Shown: positions 27,468-40,909, numbered from the stretch's first letter. The stretch: DNA of 64,000 bases from Patescibacteria group bacterium (GCA_038064415.1 JBBTTD010000001.1:13738-77737), one strand, 5' to 3'. Program-made: numbers and translations. Notes: generated by a model not told the origin, from the sequence alone.

Positions 27468-27580
27468 TAATTTAAGTATATGTTAAATTGAATCCTAAGT
27501 GCTTTGCACCTTAATTTGTATTTGTTATACTATTTCCAGTACAGCAGTCATCTGTACGATTAAGAATTAATTTTACGATT

Positions 27581-27931
27581 ATGCAGAAAGATCAAGAATT
27601 TTTGGAGTATGTCATCAAGGCATTAGTAGACGCTCCAGAGCAAGTTAAAGTTACTCGCACCGTAGATGAGATGGGAGTCCTTCTCACTCTTGAAGTCGGC
27701 GCGGTAGATATGGGAAAGATTATTGGTCGTCAAGGAAATACAGCCAAAGCGATTCGGACATTGCTTCGAGTCGTTGGTATGAAGAATAATAGTCGCGTCA
27801 ATTTAAAGATCAATGAACCAGTTGGCGGTCTCAAATCTCCGGAGCGCATGGCTAGTGGAACAGTCACTCCTCCGGTAACGCCAAATTCTAAAACAGTTGA
27901 CGAGGCGATGGCGGATTTGAAATTGGGATAA
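27581..27931 (+). CDS. KH-domain RNA-binding protein (YlqC/UPF0109-like)
   Basis: VIKALVDAPEQVKVTR ... GKIIGRQGNTAKAIRTLL. The conserved position between rpsP and trmD supports the call. Confidence 0.75.
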   Translation: MQKDQEFLEYVIKALVDAPEQVKVTRTVDEMGVLLTLEVGAVDMGKIIGRQGNTAKAIRTLLRVVGMKNNSRVNLKINEPVGGLKSPERMASGTVTPPVTPNSKTVDEAMADLKLG

Positions 27932-27996
27932 ATCAATAAATATAGCCAAAATCAAAAAATCGTGGTAAAGTCAACTTATCACGATTTTTTGATTAT

Positions 27997-28752
27997 ATGA
28001 TCACATTTCATCTTATAACTCTTTTTCCCGAAAGCACCGAGTCATATCTCAATGCCTCTATTTTGAAACGGGCTCAAGAAAGGGGACTGATTAAAATAAA
28101 GTATTACAACCCACGTGATTTCACTGTTTCATCAAAAAGAGGAAAGAAACAGACATATTCCGATAGAAGAGTGGATAACAAGCCATACGGTGGTGGACCA
28201 GGGATGGTTATTGAAGCGATGCCAGTGATAAAGGCAATTGAATTGGCGATGAAAAAAATCCAAAATCCAAAATCTGAAATTCGACTCAAATCAAAAAATA
28301 TAAATAAGAAATCCAGAAAAACCACCACGATAGTTTTTTTTAGTCCATCTGGAAAACAATTTACTAATAAACTCGCAGACGTATATAAAAAATACCCGGA
28401 TATTATTTTTGTTTGTGGTCGTTATGAAGGAATTGACGCTAGAGTCAAGAAAGCATTTCCAATGGTGGATATATCAATTGGTCCATATGTTTTGACTGGC
28501 GGGGAATTACCTGCAATGATTATGGTAGATGCTATTACTCGCAGGATTCCGGGTGTCCTTGGTGATCAACTTTCTGTTGAGGAAAAACGAATCGCAAGTT
28601 CAGATGTTTATACTAGGCCAGGAGTGATTGAATATAAAAATAAAAAATTAAATGTACCGAAAGTACTATTAAGCGGTCATCATGCCAAGATGAACCAGTG
28701 GAAAGCGTCAAAGAATAATAAGAAAAAATTGATCACATTGATTTCGGAGTGA
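27997..28752 (+). CDS. trmD: tRNA (guanine37-N1)-methyltransferase TrmD, with a Lys-rich insertion
   Basis: MITFHLITLFPE, GGGPGMV, and a C-terminal domain with the SGHHAK motif. Confidence 0.85.
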   Translation: MITFHLITLFPESTESYLNASILKRAQERGLIKIKYYNPRDFTVSSKRGKKQTYSDRRVDNKPYGGGPGMVIEAMPVIKAIELAMKKIQNPKSEIRLKSKNINKKSRKTTTIVFFSPSGKQFTNKLADVYKKYPDIIFVCGRYEGIDARVKKAFPMVDISIGPYVLTGGELPAMIMVDAITRRIPGVLGDQLSVEEKRIASSDVYTRPGVIEYKNKKLNVPKVLLSGHHAKMNQWKASKNNKKKLITLISE

Positions 28753-29098
28753 AATTAAAGTTACATATTAATTACGACACGATTATTTATATTTGTGAGC
28801 TTGCAAAAAATTATCATATACGATTAAGATCTTTTCCTAATTGTATTTTTATCCACAGCTTCAAATGCTTGACAATTTTTTCGTATCTGATAGGGTACCA
28901 ACAACTTCGCAGATTGTGTTCTGCCTTAGCGGAGGATTATATAGGCCAGTATAACCCTACCCAGTGTTTATCACATCAATATAAGTATGTGAATTTAATA
29001 GCCGTTTTTTGAAAAAAACGGATTTTTTGCGTGATTACCAAAAGTATGGAAAAGTCAGATCAAATTTTGACTTAGGATTAATAACTTTTAATAAAATC

Positions 29099-32000
29099 AT
29101 GACTACCGCTTTTCGTCCGAAGAAATATTTTTCTAGTTATCAAGCACCTTTGACTGAAATGCCAAACTTGGTTGAAGCGCAATTGCTTTCATTCACACAT
29201 CTTGTTGAAAAGGGCATAGTTGGTCTTTTGGATGAATTTTCCCCGATTGAAGATTATGCTGGAAAAAAGTTTGAACTATCCATCGGCTCACCAGAACTTC
29301 AGCGTCCAAAATTTGATGAGCATTACGCGAAAGATAATAAGCTTAACTATGATGGTCAGATCAAGGTCAAGGTCACGCTCAAAAATAAAGTTTTAAATGT
29401 GGTCAAAGAACAAGAAATGTTTTTAGCTGATATTCCGCTAATGACTGACCACGGAACTTTCATCATCAATGGTGTTGAGCGCGTCATCACCCCTCAACTC
29501 GCTCGTTCCTTCGGAATCTTCTTTACGAGCAACGAAGTCAAAGGTAAAAATTATTTTGGCGCTAAAATCATTCCCGCTCGCGGAGTTTGGATGGAAATAG
29601 AAACTGACACTGACGGCACAATATATTGTCGTATTGATCGCAAGCGAAAATTCCCGGTAACCTCGCTTTTGCGTATTTTAGGCGCGGAGACAAATGAAGC
29701 TATCGTAGGTCTTTTTAAGGGTAATTTAGACGCTCAAAAGGTTATAGAGCTTACTTTGAGTAAGGACCATACCAAAACCAAGGATGAATCTTATATGGAG
29801 ATTCATAAAAGACTTCGTGATGGTGATTTAGCGACAGCTGAAAATGCTCGAAATTTCGTCCAGACACTCCTCAAAGAAGATCGTTATGATATTTCTAGAG
29901 TTGGCCGTTTTCGTTTCAACAAGCGTTTCGGTAAATCAATGGAAGAGAAAGAGCTTGAGCGACGCACACTATCTATTGATGACATTACGACGACTTTGGT
30001 TCATATTGTGACTTTGACGACAACTCCTGATACTCAACCAGACGATATTGATCACCTCGGCTCGCGCCGTGTCCGTTATGTTGGGGAATTACTTGAACAG
30101 CGTTTTCGTCTTGGTCTGACACAGATGAAGAGAAACATTCAGGATAAAATGTCCACTGTTGAGCCTGATGTTACTTTGCCTGTTTCATTTATATATCCTA
30201 GACCGCTTCAAGCACGTATCAAAGAGTTTTTCACCACCAACCAACTCTCTCAATTTATGGAGCAGGTGAATGCTCTTGGCGAAATTGAAAATCTCCGTCA
30301 GCTCACAGCACTTGGACCCGGAGGACTTTCGCGTGAGCGCGCTGGTTTTGAAGTTCGCGATGTTCATCCTTCACACTATGGCAGACTTTGTCCGATTCAC
30401 ACACCAGAAGGCCCAAACATTGGTCTAGTTTTGCGTTTGGCTATGTATTCTCGCATTAACGACTTCGGTATGATTGAAACTCCGTATGCCAAGGTTAAAG
30501 ACGGCAAGATAACCAAGGAAATTGTTTATATGAATGCTTTGGAAGAAGAAAATTTCCGCATTGCCCATGCCGCCACACCATTTGATGCTAGCGGAAATAT
30601 TACAGTTGATGAAGTGGAAGTCCGTATCAACGGTAAACCTGCTATGGCTACAAAAAAAGAAGTAAACTATATTGATGTCGCGACAAATCAAGCATTTTCT
30701 ATCGCCACTTCTCTTATTCCTTTTGTTAACCATGATGATGCTAATCGAGCACTCATGGGATCAAACATGTATAAACAAGCTACCCCTTGCTTAGTCCCAG
30801 AAGCACCATTCGTTGCTACCGGCATTGAAGCAAAAGCAGTCGCTGATACTGGCAGACTTGTTATTGCTCCTGAAGATGGTGAAGTTACTCATGTTGACGC
30901 CAAAAGAATTGTTTTCGTTACTAAAAAAGGCAAGAAGCATGAATATAAGCTAGTTCTTTTTTCCCGAACCAATGGTTTTACTGCTTTCCATCAGCGTCCG
31001 ATTGTTTCGGCAGGCGATAAAGTCAAAAAAGGAGATGTTCTGGCGGATACTTCAACTTCCGACAAAGGTCAAATTGCTCTTGGTCACAACGCTCTAGTGG
31101 CTTTCATGTCATGGTCAGGAAATAATTATGAGGACGCTATCATCCTTTCTGAAAGAGTAGTCAAGAATAGTAAGTGGAGTTCTATTCATATTGAAGAATT
31201 TGTAGTCAATGTCCGTGATACCAAACTTGGCCCAGAAGTTACTACTTGTGATATTCCCAATGTCGGTGAAGCCAAGCTTAAAAATCTTACTGAAGAAGGT
31301 ATCATCAGAATTGGCGCGGAAGTTAGACCTGGTGATATTTTAGTCGGAAAAATTTCTCCCAAAGGAGAGACACAACTTACGCCTGAAGAGCGTTTACTCC
31401 GTTCTATTTTCGGTGAAAAGGCGCGTGATGTGAAAGATACTTCCAAGCGCATGGAAAATGGCAAGCGCGGTCGTGTTATTTCCGTAAAGATTTTCTCACG
31501 CGAAAAAGGCGACAAACTAGAATCAGGAATTATCAAGAAAATTTACGTGGAGATTGCTCAAGTTCGTAATATTTCAGTTGGTGATAAAATGGCTGGTCGC
31601 CACGGCAACAAAGGTGTCATCTCAAAAATTCTTCCAGAAGAGGATATGCCATACATGGAAGATGGAAAACCGATTGATGTTATTTTGACCCCACTCGGCG
31701 TGCCTTCTCGTATGAACCTAGGCCAGATTCTAGAACTGCATCTTGGTTTGGCGGCCAATGAACTCGGATATCAAGCTATTGTTCCTCCCTTTGCCGGAGC
31801 GACTGATGCGGAGATTAAGGAGGAATTGGTTAAAGCTGGTTTTGATGCTTCTGGAAAAATGAAACTCCGAGACGGTAGGACGGGTGAACATTTTAGTCAG
31901 CCAATTGCGGTCGGTTACATGTATATTCTCAAATTACATCACATGGTGGAAGACAAAATTCACATGCGTTCAATTGGACCTTACTCTTTGATTACTCAAC

Positions 32001-32278
32001 AACCATTAGGCGGTAAGGCACAAGGTGGAGGCCAGCGTTTCGGAGAAATGGAAGTCTGGGCTTTGCTCGGTCACGGCGCCGCTCACACACTCCGTGAAAT
32101 ACTTACTGTTAAATCAGATGATATCATTGGTCGTTCGCAAACATTTGACGCTATCGTTAAAGGTGAGCGTCCGAAAGCGCCAAATCTACCAGCCTCATTC
32201 AATGTGCTTCTGAAAACCCTTCGCGGTCTGGCGTTAAATGTTGAGCTTATCAATAAACCTCGCGTTGAGGAGGAATAA
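29099..32278 (+). CDS. rpoB: DNA-directed RNA polymerase subunit beta
   Basis: Full set of RpoB conserved regions (GERVITPQLARS, the rifampicin-cluster region, NMQRQAVPL-like motifs, the C-terminal GGQRFGEMEVWAL). The start is placed at the Met at 29099; ORF 29009 extends further upstream. Confidence 0.9.
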   Translation: MTTAFRPKKYFSSYQAPLTEMPNLVEAQLLSFTHLVEKGIVGLLDEFSPIEDYAGKKFELSIGSPELQRPKFDEHYAKDNKLNYDGQIKVKVTLKNKVLNVVKEQEMFLADIPLMTDHGTFIINGVERVITPQLARSFGIFFTSNEVKGKNYFGAKIIPARGVWMEIETDTDGTIYCRIDRKRKFPVTSLLRILGAETNEAIVGLFKGNLDAQKVIELTLSKDHTKTKDESYMEIHKRLRDGDLATAENARNFVQTLLKEDRYDISRVGRFRFNKRFGKSMEEKELERRTLSIDDITTTLVHIVTLTTTPDTQPDDIDHLGSRRVRYVGELLEQRFRLGLTQMKRNIQDKMSTVEPDVTLPVSFIYPRPLQARIKEFFTTNQLSQFMEQVNALGEIENLRQLTALGPGGLSRERAGFEVRDVHPSHYGRLCPIHTPEGPNIGLVLRLAMYSRINDFGMIETPYAKVKDGKITKEIVYMNALEEENFRIAHAATPFDASGNITVDEVEVRINGKPAMATKKEVNYIDVATNQAFSIATSLIPFVNHDDANRALMGSNMYKQATPCLVPEAPFVATGIEAKAVADTGRLVIAPEDGEVTHVDAKRIVFVTKKGKKHEYKLVLFSRTNGFTAFHQRPIVSAGDKVKKGDVLADTSTSDKGQIALGHNALVAFMSWSGNNYEDAIILSERVVKNSKWSSIHIEEFVVNVRDTKLGPEVTTCDIPNVGEAKLKNLTEEGIIRIGAEVRPGDILVGKISPKGETQLTPEERLLRSIFGEKARDVKDTSKRMENGKRGRVISVKIFSREKGDKLESGIIKKIYVEIAQVRNISVGDKMAGRHGNKGVISKILPEEDMPYMEDGKPIDVILTPLGVPSRMNLGQILELHLGLAANELGYQAIVPPFAGATDAEIKEELVKAGFDASGKMKLRDGRTGEHFSQPIAVGYMYILKLHHMVEDKIHMRSIGPYSLITQQPLGGKAQGGGQRFGEMEVWALLGHGAAHTLREILTVKSDDIIGRSQTFDAIVKGERPKAPNLPASFNVLLKTLRGLALNVELINKPRVEEE

Positions 32279-32283
32279 TTCTT

Positions 32284-32323
32284 AGCGAGGTCCGACCTTG
32301 ATATATTGAGGTCGGACCTCGCT
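32284..32323. repeat. Palindromic element family 1 (AGCGAGGTCCGACCTTGatatatTGAGGTCGGACCTCGCT)
   Basis: A perfect hairpin directly after the rpoB stop. It shares the GCGAGGTC(C/G)GACCTCGC core with 37762-37786. Confidence 0.8.
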
Positions 32324-32343
32324 GAAATCTAATTTAAACTATT

Positions 32344-32886
32344 ATGAATAAAAAAATTATTTTGGGGGTTATAATTATAGCGATATTAGTCGTTGCTGGT
32401 TGGTATCTATTCAAACCACGCCTTGCGTGTTGGCCATATTGTCCTAATATGACTAATCAGAATAGAGAGGAGATAAAACAATCGGCACTTGAAGTACAAA
32501 ATAATCAGATTAATAAGTCAAATAATTCTTTTTCTGTTCAAGATCTTGCTTATATTAATCAAAAATACGGATTTTCTCTTATTTTTCCAATTTCATGGAC
32601 AGATTATCAGGTTAATCAGAGAAATCAGGCAATGACAGAATTTGGGTTTTATGTCCCAGATGCCTTTCCAAAATTTCAAGCTCTATTTTATGTAGGTGTT
32701 ACTAAAGATGAACAAAGTTGTGAAGAATGGTCGAATCCTAAGACTGATGAGCCACACGATTATTGTATTATAAAAGTTGATGGAAATATCTATCATTATG
32801 GGAAAGCACAAGACATTATTCCAATACTTGACCGAAAATATCAAGATATTGATTTGATCATAAAAACATTTAAATTTATTAAATAA
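32344..32886 (+). CDS. Hypothetical membrane-anchored protein inserted between rpoB and rpoC
   Basis: 180 aa with an N-terminal TM helix and no recognisable domain. It lies in the normally tight rpoB-rpoC junction. Confidence 0.5.
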   Translation: MNKKIILGVIIIAILVVAGWYLFKPRLACWPYCPNMTNQNREEIKQSALEVQNNQINKSNNSFSVQDLAYINQKYGFSLIFPISWTDYQVNQRNQAMTEFGFYVPDAFPKFQALFYVGVTKDEQSCEEWSNPKTDEPHDYCIIKVDGNIYHYGKAQDIIPILDRKYQDIDLIIKTFKFIK

Positions 32887-32895
32887 ATTATCACC

Positions 32896-36564
<3,669 letters not shown>

Positions 36565-36567
36565 TGG

Positions 36568-36692
36568 CGAAGGAGGCAGAATGTGTGCAGATACTGATTA
36601 ACAAAAGGTTATCATGATATTAGTTAAACTACCACGTCGTCTAACTTCTTAGTTGTTAATCAGTATCTGCACACATTCTGCCTCCTTTGCTT
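36568..36692. repeat. 125-bp element with perfect 36-38 bp terminal inverted repeats and a 46-nt loop
   Basis: GCGAAGGAGGCAGAATGTGTGCAGATACTGATTAACAA ... TTGTTAATCAGTATCTGCACACATTCTGCCTCCTTTGC, beginning 4 nt after the rpoC stop. Confidence 0.75.
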
Positions 36693-36749
36693 AGTCGATT
36701 TTCAATATGTTTCCACTCCATTCTAACAGTGTGTTAGTATGTAAACACT

Positions 36750-37724
36750 ATGCGCAAGATAATTATTAAAGAAGGCCCCCTTGTCTTTCTTCGGAATGTC
36801 TTGTCTATGGAAATCATCGCCGCCCTATTCTTTTTTGGCTTGTCATTTATAAGTAATTATGGCCAATTGTACCAAAATTGGGGTTTTTCTGATTACATCA
36901 GATTTGACCTTTTTGAAATATTTATCTTTTCTGTCTTTCAGTTAGTATATATCTCACTTTTATTTTTTGATTGGTATTTTACCAACTATGAAATTAACGG
37001 AAAGGAGATAATCAAAAAATCAGGTTTACTATTTCGCCGTCGTAAAGCTGTAAGTTTGGCTGATGTAGCTTCAGTAGAAATAAACCAGTCGCCGATAAGT
37101 CGGATGATGTCTCATGCCACCATCATTCTTGAACACGCCAATGGTCATATGACAAAAATCAGAAATGTCTCTAATTTTGATGAATATATTTACCTAATCA
37201 AGAGTATGGTTCAAGAAGCTTCTGGACGGACCTTGACACAAGATCCGAAAGTTTTATTGGAAAAGGGCGAAGGATTTTTTATTGAATTTAAACAGACGCT
37301 TCGTTATGACGCGCGCAAAGGTGAAATTAGCAGGGAATTAGAGAAAATGGTTCTCAAAACGATTGTTGCCTTTCTGAACGCAGAAGGAGGTACTCTACTG
37401 ATTGGTGTAAATGATGATGCTGAAATTGTTGGTCTAGATAACGATTACAAAACACTGACCAAAAAAGATCGTGATGGGTTTGAGAATCATATGACTATGT
37501 TAGTAAAAACTCTGATTGGTTTGTCATTCACAAAATATGTCACGGTGCGGTTTGATTCAATTGACGGTAAAGATATTTGCATTGTGATAGTTAAAGAAGG
37601 TCACAAACCGGCGTATCTACACAATGGTGATAAAAAAGAAGACTTCTTTGTGCGAGTAGGGAACTCAACGCAACCTTTTTCTATGAGTGAGGCGGAGGAG
37701 TATATCAAGACGCATTGGAAATAA
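36750..37724 (+). CDS. Membrane bPH (YdbT/DUF304-like) domain fused to a Schlafen/AlbA_2 (PF04326-like) putative nucleic-acid-binding domain
   Basis: Two TM helices and a bacterial PH-like segment, then GEGFFIEFKQTL ... TIVAFLNAEGGTLLIGVNDDAEIVGLDND, the diagnostic AlbA_2/SLFN core. Confidence 0.5.
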   Translation: MRKIIIKEGPLVFLRNVLSMEIIAALFFFGLSFISNYGQLYQNWGFSDYIRFDLFEIFIFSVFQLVYISLLFFDWYFTNYEINGKEIIKKSGLLFRRRKAVSLADVASVEINQSPISRMMSHATIILEHANGHMTKIRNVSNFDEYIYLIKSMVQEASGRTLTQDPKVLLEKGEGFFIEFKQTLRYDARKGEISRELEKMVLKTIVAFLNAEGGTLLIGVNDDAEIVGLDNDYKTLTKKDRDGFENHMTMLVKTLIGLSFTKYVTVRFDSIDGKDICIVIVKEGHKPAYLHNGDKKEDFFVRVGNSTQPFSMSEAEEYIKTHWK

Positions 37725-37761
37725 ACTCTGATATTTGGCAAGGCCTACCCTTGTCTAAATT

Positions 37762-37786
37762 CTTAGCGAGGTCGGACCTCGCTAAG
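37762..37786. repeat. Palindromic element family 1 (CTTAGCGAGGTCGGACCTCGCTAAG, a perfect 25-bp palindrome)
   Basis: Sits between the convergent SLFN-like gene and typA; a partial extra copy CCGACCTCGC lies at 37805-37814. Confidence 0.8.
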
Positions 37787-39587
37787 ATATTAAATCCTTC
37801 CTTTCCGACCTCGCCCGATCTAATTCTGTCAAAAACTTTTTGCGTAGGCGAACACTTTTTGGAGTAATTTCCAAATATTCATCATCACGCATCAATTCCA
37901 GACCTCTTTCAATAGACAATTCAAATGGTGGTACCAGCATCAACGCCTCGTCTTTACCCGACGAACGCATATTACTCATAGCTTTACCTTTTGTTGGATT
38001 GACATCCATATCGTCGCCTTTGGCAGTATCACCAATAACCATACCTTCGTAAACTTCAACTGCTGGTCCTACGAAGAGGCGACCGCGATCTTGAAGATTC
38101 CAAAGTGAGAAGCCAAGAGTTTTGCCAGAAGTCATAGATGTCATTGAGCCGGTTTCGCGTTTTTCTATTTCGCCGACATGATTTTTAAATTCCGTAACTC
38201 GACTAGACATGATACCTTCACCTTTTGTGTCAATTGTAAATGCGTTACGATAACCCAAAAGACCGCGAGTTGGAATTTCAAAGACCATGCGTACTTGATT
38301 GCCATGAGCTTTCATGTCATTCATGATTCCTTTTCTTTTGCCTAGAGTTTCTATAATTGTCCCAGAATATTCTTGCGGACAATCAATGATCACTTCCTCA
38401 AAAGGTTCTAACATTTTGTCATTTTCTTCTTTAACAATGACTTTTGGCTGTGAGACTTGTAGTTCATATCCTTCGCGACGCATATTTTCTAGTAAAATAG
38501 CGATATGGAGCTCACCTCTGCCAAATACATTCAGGTATTCGTTTGAAGAAAAGTCAACTTTTAAACCGACATTTGTTTCTAATTCTTTGTGGAGCCGTTC
38601 ACGGATTTGTCGGCCAGTTACAAAAGTCCCTTCGCGTCCGGCGAAAGGTGAATTGTTAACTAAAAATTGCAGAGAAATCGTCGGTTCATCAACAGTAATG
38701 GCCGGAAGTGGCTGTGAGTTTTCATTATCGGTAATTGTCTCGCCAATATAAATGTTAGGAATACCAGCGACGGTAATAATATCACCAGATTCTGCTTGAT
38801 CAATTTCTACACGCTTTTTTCCTTCAAAAGTGAATAATTTAGTAATTTTACCTGTAAATGATTTGCCATTGATGTCTTTAACCCAGACACTTTGGCCATT
38901 TTTTATTATTCCATTATAAATACGGCAAATGGCGAGGCGACCAAGGAAATTGTCATAACTTAGATTAAATACTTGTGCTTGAAGTGAATTGTCAGTTATG
39001 CCGCTAAGACTTTTTTTATTTGCCGGTGGTACATGCTCAAGAATAGTATCCAAAAGTGGTGTCAGATCTTTGGAGTCGTCAATTAAAGATTTTTTCGCGA
39101 TTCCAGTTCGGCCAATAGCATAAATAGTAGGGAAATCAATCTGACTATCATGCGCGCCAAGTTCCATAAAAAGCTCTAGGACTTCGTCATGAACACGAAG
39201 CGGATTGGCTGCTGGTTTATCAATTTTGTTGATTATTACAATAGGTTTCAATCCTAATTCAAGTGATTTCTTCAAGACAAAGCGAGTCTGTGGCATAGGA
39301 CCTTCTTGGGCGTCTACGACTAAAAGAACAGTGTCAATTGAACGAAGAACGCGTTCAACTTCAGATCCGAAATCAGCATGGCCTGGAGTGTCCACAATGT
39401 TGATTTTGGTACCCTTATACATTATTGAGGTATTTTTAGCGTATATCGTAATACCGCGCTCCTGTTCGAGCGCGTTTGAGTCCATTGTACCTTCGTCACC
39501 ATGACCGCATTGGGCCATGATAGCGTCAGTCAGCGTAGTCTTCCCATGATCTACGTGAGCGATAATTGCAATATTACGAATCTCCAT
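37782..39587 (-). CDS. typA: Translational GTPase TypA/BipA
   Basis: MEIRNIAIIAHVDHGKTTLTDAIM, the DTPGHADF and NKID G motifs, and an EF-G-like domain series. The start is trimmed to the MEIRN Met. Confidence 0.85.
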   Translation of the reverse strand: MEIRNIAIIAHVDHGKTTLTDAIMAQCGHGDEGTMDSNALEQERGITIYAKNTSIMYKGTKINIVDTPGHADFGSEVERVLRSIDTVLLVVDAQEGPMPQTRFVLKKSLELGLKPIVIINKIDKPAANPLRVHDEVLELFMELGAHDSQIDFPTIYAIGRTGIAKKSLIDDSKDLTPLLDTILEHVPPANKKSLSGITDNSLQAQVFNLSYDNFLGRLAICRIYNGIIKNGQSVWVKDINGKSFTGKITKLFTFEGKKRVEIDQAESGDIITVAGIPNIYIGETITDNENSQPLPAITVDEPTISLQFLVNNSPFAGREGTFVTGRQIRERLHKELETNVGLKVDFSSNEYLNVFGRGELHIAILLENMRREGYELQVSQPKVIVKEENDKMLEPFEEVIIDCPQEYSGTIIETLGKRKGIMNDMKAHGNQVRMVFEIPTRGLLGYRNAFTIDTKGEGIMSSRVTEFKNHVGEIEKRETGSMTSMTSGKTLGFSLWNLQDRGRLFVGPAVEVYEGMVIGDTAKGDDMDVNPTKGKAMSNMRSSGKDEALMLVPPFELSIERGLELMRDDEYLEITPKSVRLRKKFLTELDRARSERKDLIS

Positions 39588-39634
39588 AGTTGAGCGTACA
39601 GAATACACTGTTTGGAGATTTTTGTCAAAAATAA

Positions 39635-39653
39635 GTGAGGGCCTGACCTTCAC
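39635..39653. repeat. Palindromic element family 2 (GTGAGGGCCTGACCTTCAC)
   Basis: The reverse complement differs from the 22584 copy at one position. Located in the typA 5' region. Confidence 0.7.
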
Positions 39654-39670
39654 TAAAATTTCGCCACAAA

Positions 39671-39703
39671 ACAAAATCTTGATCAAATCTTGATCAAATC
39701 TTT
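39671..39703. promoter_or_regulatory. Tandem 11-bp direct repeats (AAATCTTGATC x2.7) in the divergent typA / pilB intergenic region
   Basis: AAATCTTGATCAAATCTTGATCAAATCTTT; candidate regulator binding site. Confidence 0.4.
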
Positions 39704-39738
39704 ATTGTTTCTTGATTTCGGTCTGCTAGGGTATTTAC

Positions 39739-40875
39739 ATGAAACAAAAAGAACGAAATATTCGCCAAATAGTTGGAACACATGAAAAAAATAATCCAAC
39801 CGCGGTTGAGATAATTGACGACATTTTAGCGTATGCGGTAAAAATGAGGGCGTCGGATGTTCATTGTGATCCAAGGAAAGATGATACCCTAGTTCGTTTG
39901 AGAATTGACGGGCAAGTTGAACATGTCGGTATAATTTCCAAAAAAATTCATGAAGAAATGATATCTCGGTTGAAAATTTTATCTGGCGCGAGGACTGATA
40001 TTCACGCGATTCCTCAAGATGGTAGGTGGAGAGCTGACATTGATGATCAGACATTCCATATTCGGATCTCATTCATGCCGACCTATAATGGTGAAAACGC
40101 GGTTATGCGTCTCTTACCCACAGTTGTCTCTGAAGAAATTACTTTTGCCAAGCTTGGTTTTAATCCTGACCATGTTCGTTCTATCGCCACGACTTTGAAG
40201 AGAACCTCTGGTTTAGTTTTAGTTACTGGACCAACTGGCTCCGGAAAGACAACCACTCTTCATACTTGTTTGACGCTCAAATCACGAGAGTCATTATCTA
40301 TCATTACTCTAGAAGATCCAATTGAGTATGAGATTCCGTCAGTCCGTCAAGTTCATATTCATCACAATCATGGAGTTACATTTGCTTCAGGATTGCGTTC
40401 CGCTCTTCGCCAGGATCCTGATGTAATTATGGTTGGAGAGATTCGTGACACTGAAACCGCGCGAGTTGCGATTCACACGGCGCTAACGGGTCATTTGGTT
40501 TTATCAACGCTTCATACCAATTCAGCGCTTGAAGCCATTCCACGGCTTGTGGATATGGGCATTGATCACTATCTTTTGGCTTCAACCTTGAAGCTGGTCG
40601 TTGCCCAACGATTGGTTAGGGCAATTTGTCAAACTTGCTTTTTGTCCGGCTGTTCGGGATGCAGAAATAGTGGTTATCTTGGTCGATCTGTTATTGCTGA
40701 AGTCTGTGAAATTGATTCGGGAATGAAAAAGCTGATCACTGATAAAGAAAGCGTGTCTGCCTGTTTGGCCTATGCCAAAGTCCAATGTTTTCGGCCGATG
40801 GTTGAAGATGGCTATGAAAAGGTTGAATGGGGAATTACCACGAAAGAGGAGGTGATGAGAGTGTTATTTGAGTGA
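39739..40875 (+). CDS. Type IV pilus / type II secretion assembly ATPase (PilB/GspE family, compact)
   Basis: Walker A VLVTGPTGSGKTTTL, Asp box LRQDPDVIMVGEIRD, His box LSTLHTNSA and a C-terminal tetra-Cys motif (CQTCFLSGCSGC). Confidence 0.8.
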   Translation: MKQKERNIRQIVGTHEKNNPTAVEIIDDILAYAVKMRASDVHCDPRKDDTLVRLRIDGQVEHVGIISKKIHEEMISRLKILSGARTDIHAIPQDGRWRADIDDQTFHIRISFMPTYNGENAVMRLLPTVVSEEITFAKLGFNPDHVRSIATTLKRTSGLVLVTGPTGSGKTTTLHTCLTLKSRESLSIITLEDPIEYEIPSVRQVHIHHNHGVTFASGLRSALRQDPDVIMVGEIRDTETARVAIHTALTGHLVLSTLHTNSALEAIPRLVDMGIDHYLLASTLKLVVAQRLVRAICQTCFLSGCSGCRNSGYLGRSVIAEVCEIDSGMKKLITDKESVSACLAYAKVQCFRPMVEDGYEKVEWGITTKEEVMRVLFE

Positions 40876-40909
40876 GGTAGAAAGTTAAATATAAATCTGA
40901 TTAAAACAT

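Noticed and set aside
27997-28752. Lys-rich insertion in TrmD (KKIQNPKSEIRLKSKNINKKSRKTTT) as another mobile palindromic insertion
   Set aside because: The encoding DNA is AT-rich, non-palindromic and low-complexity. It looks like ordinary lineage-specific loop expansion and is unlike the GC-rich hairpin insertion in the desulfurase gene.
28749-29012. 87-aa ORF upstream of rpoB, and the 5' extension of the rpoB ORF to 29009
   Set aside because: The region is AT-rich and promoter-like, and the peptide is low-complexity. RpoB homology begins near the Met at 29099. It is treated as 5' UTR, though the exact rpoB start remains uncertain.
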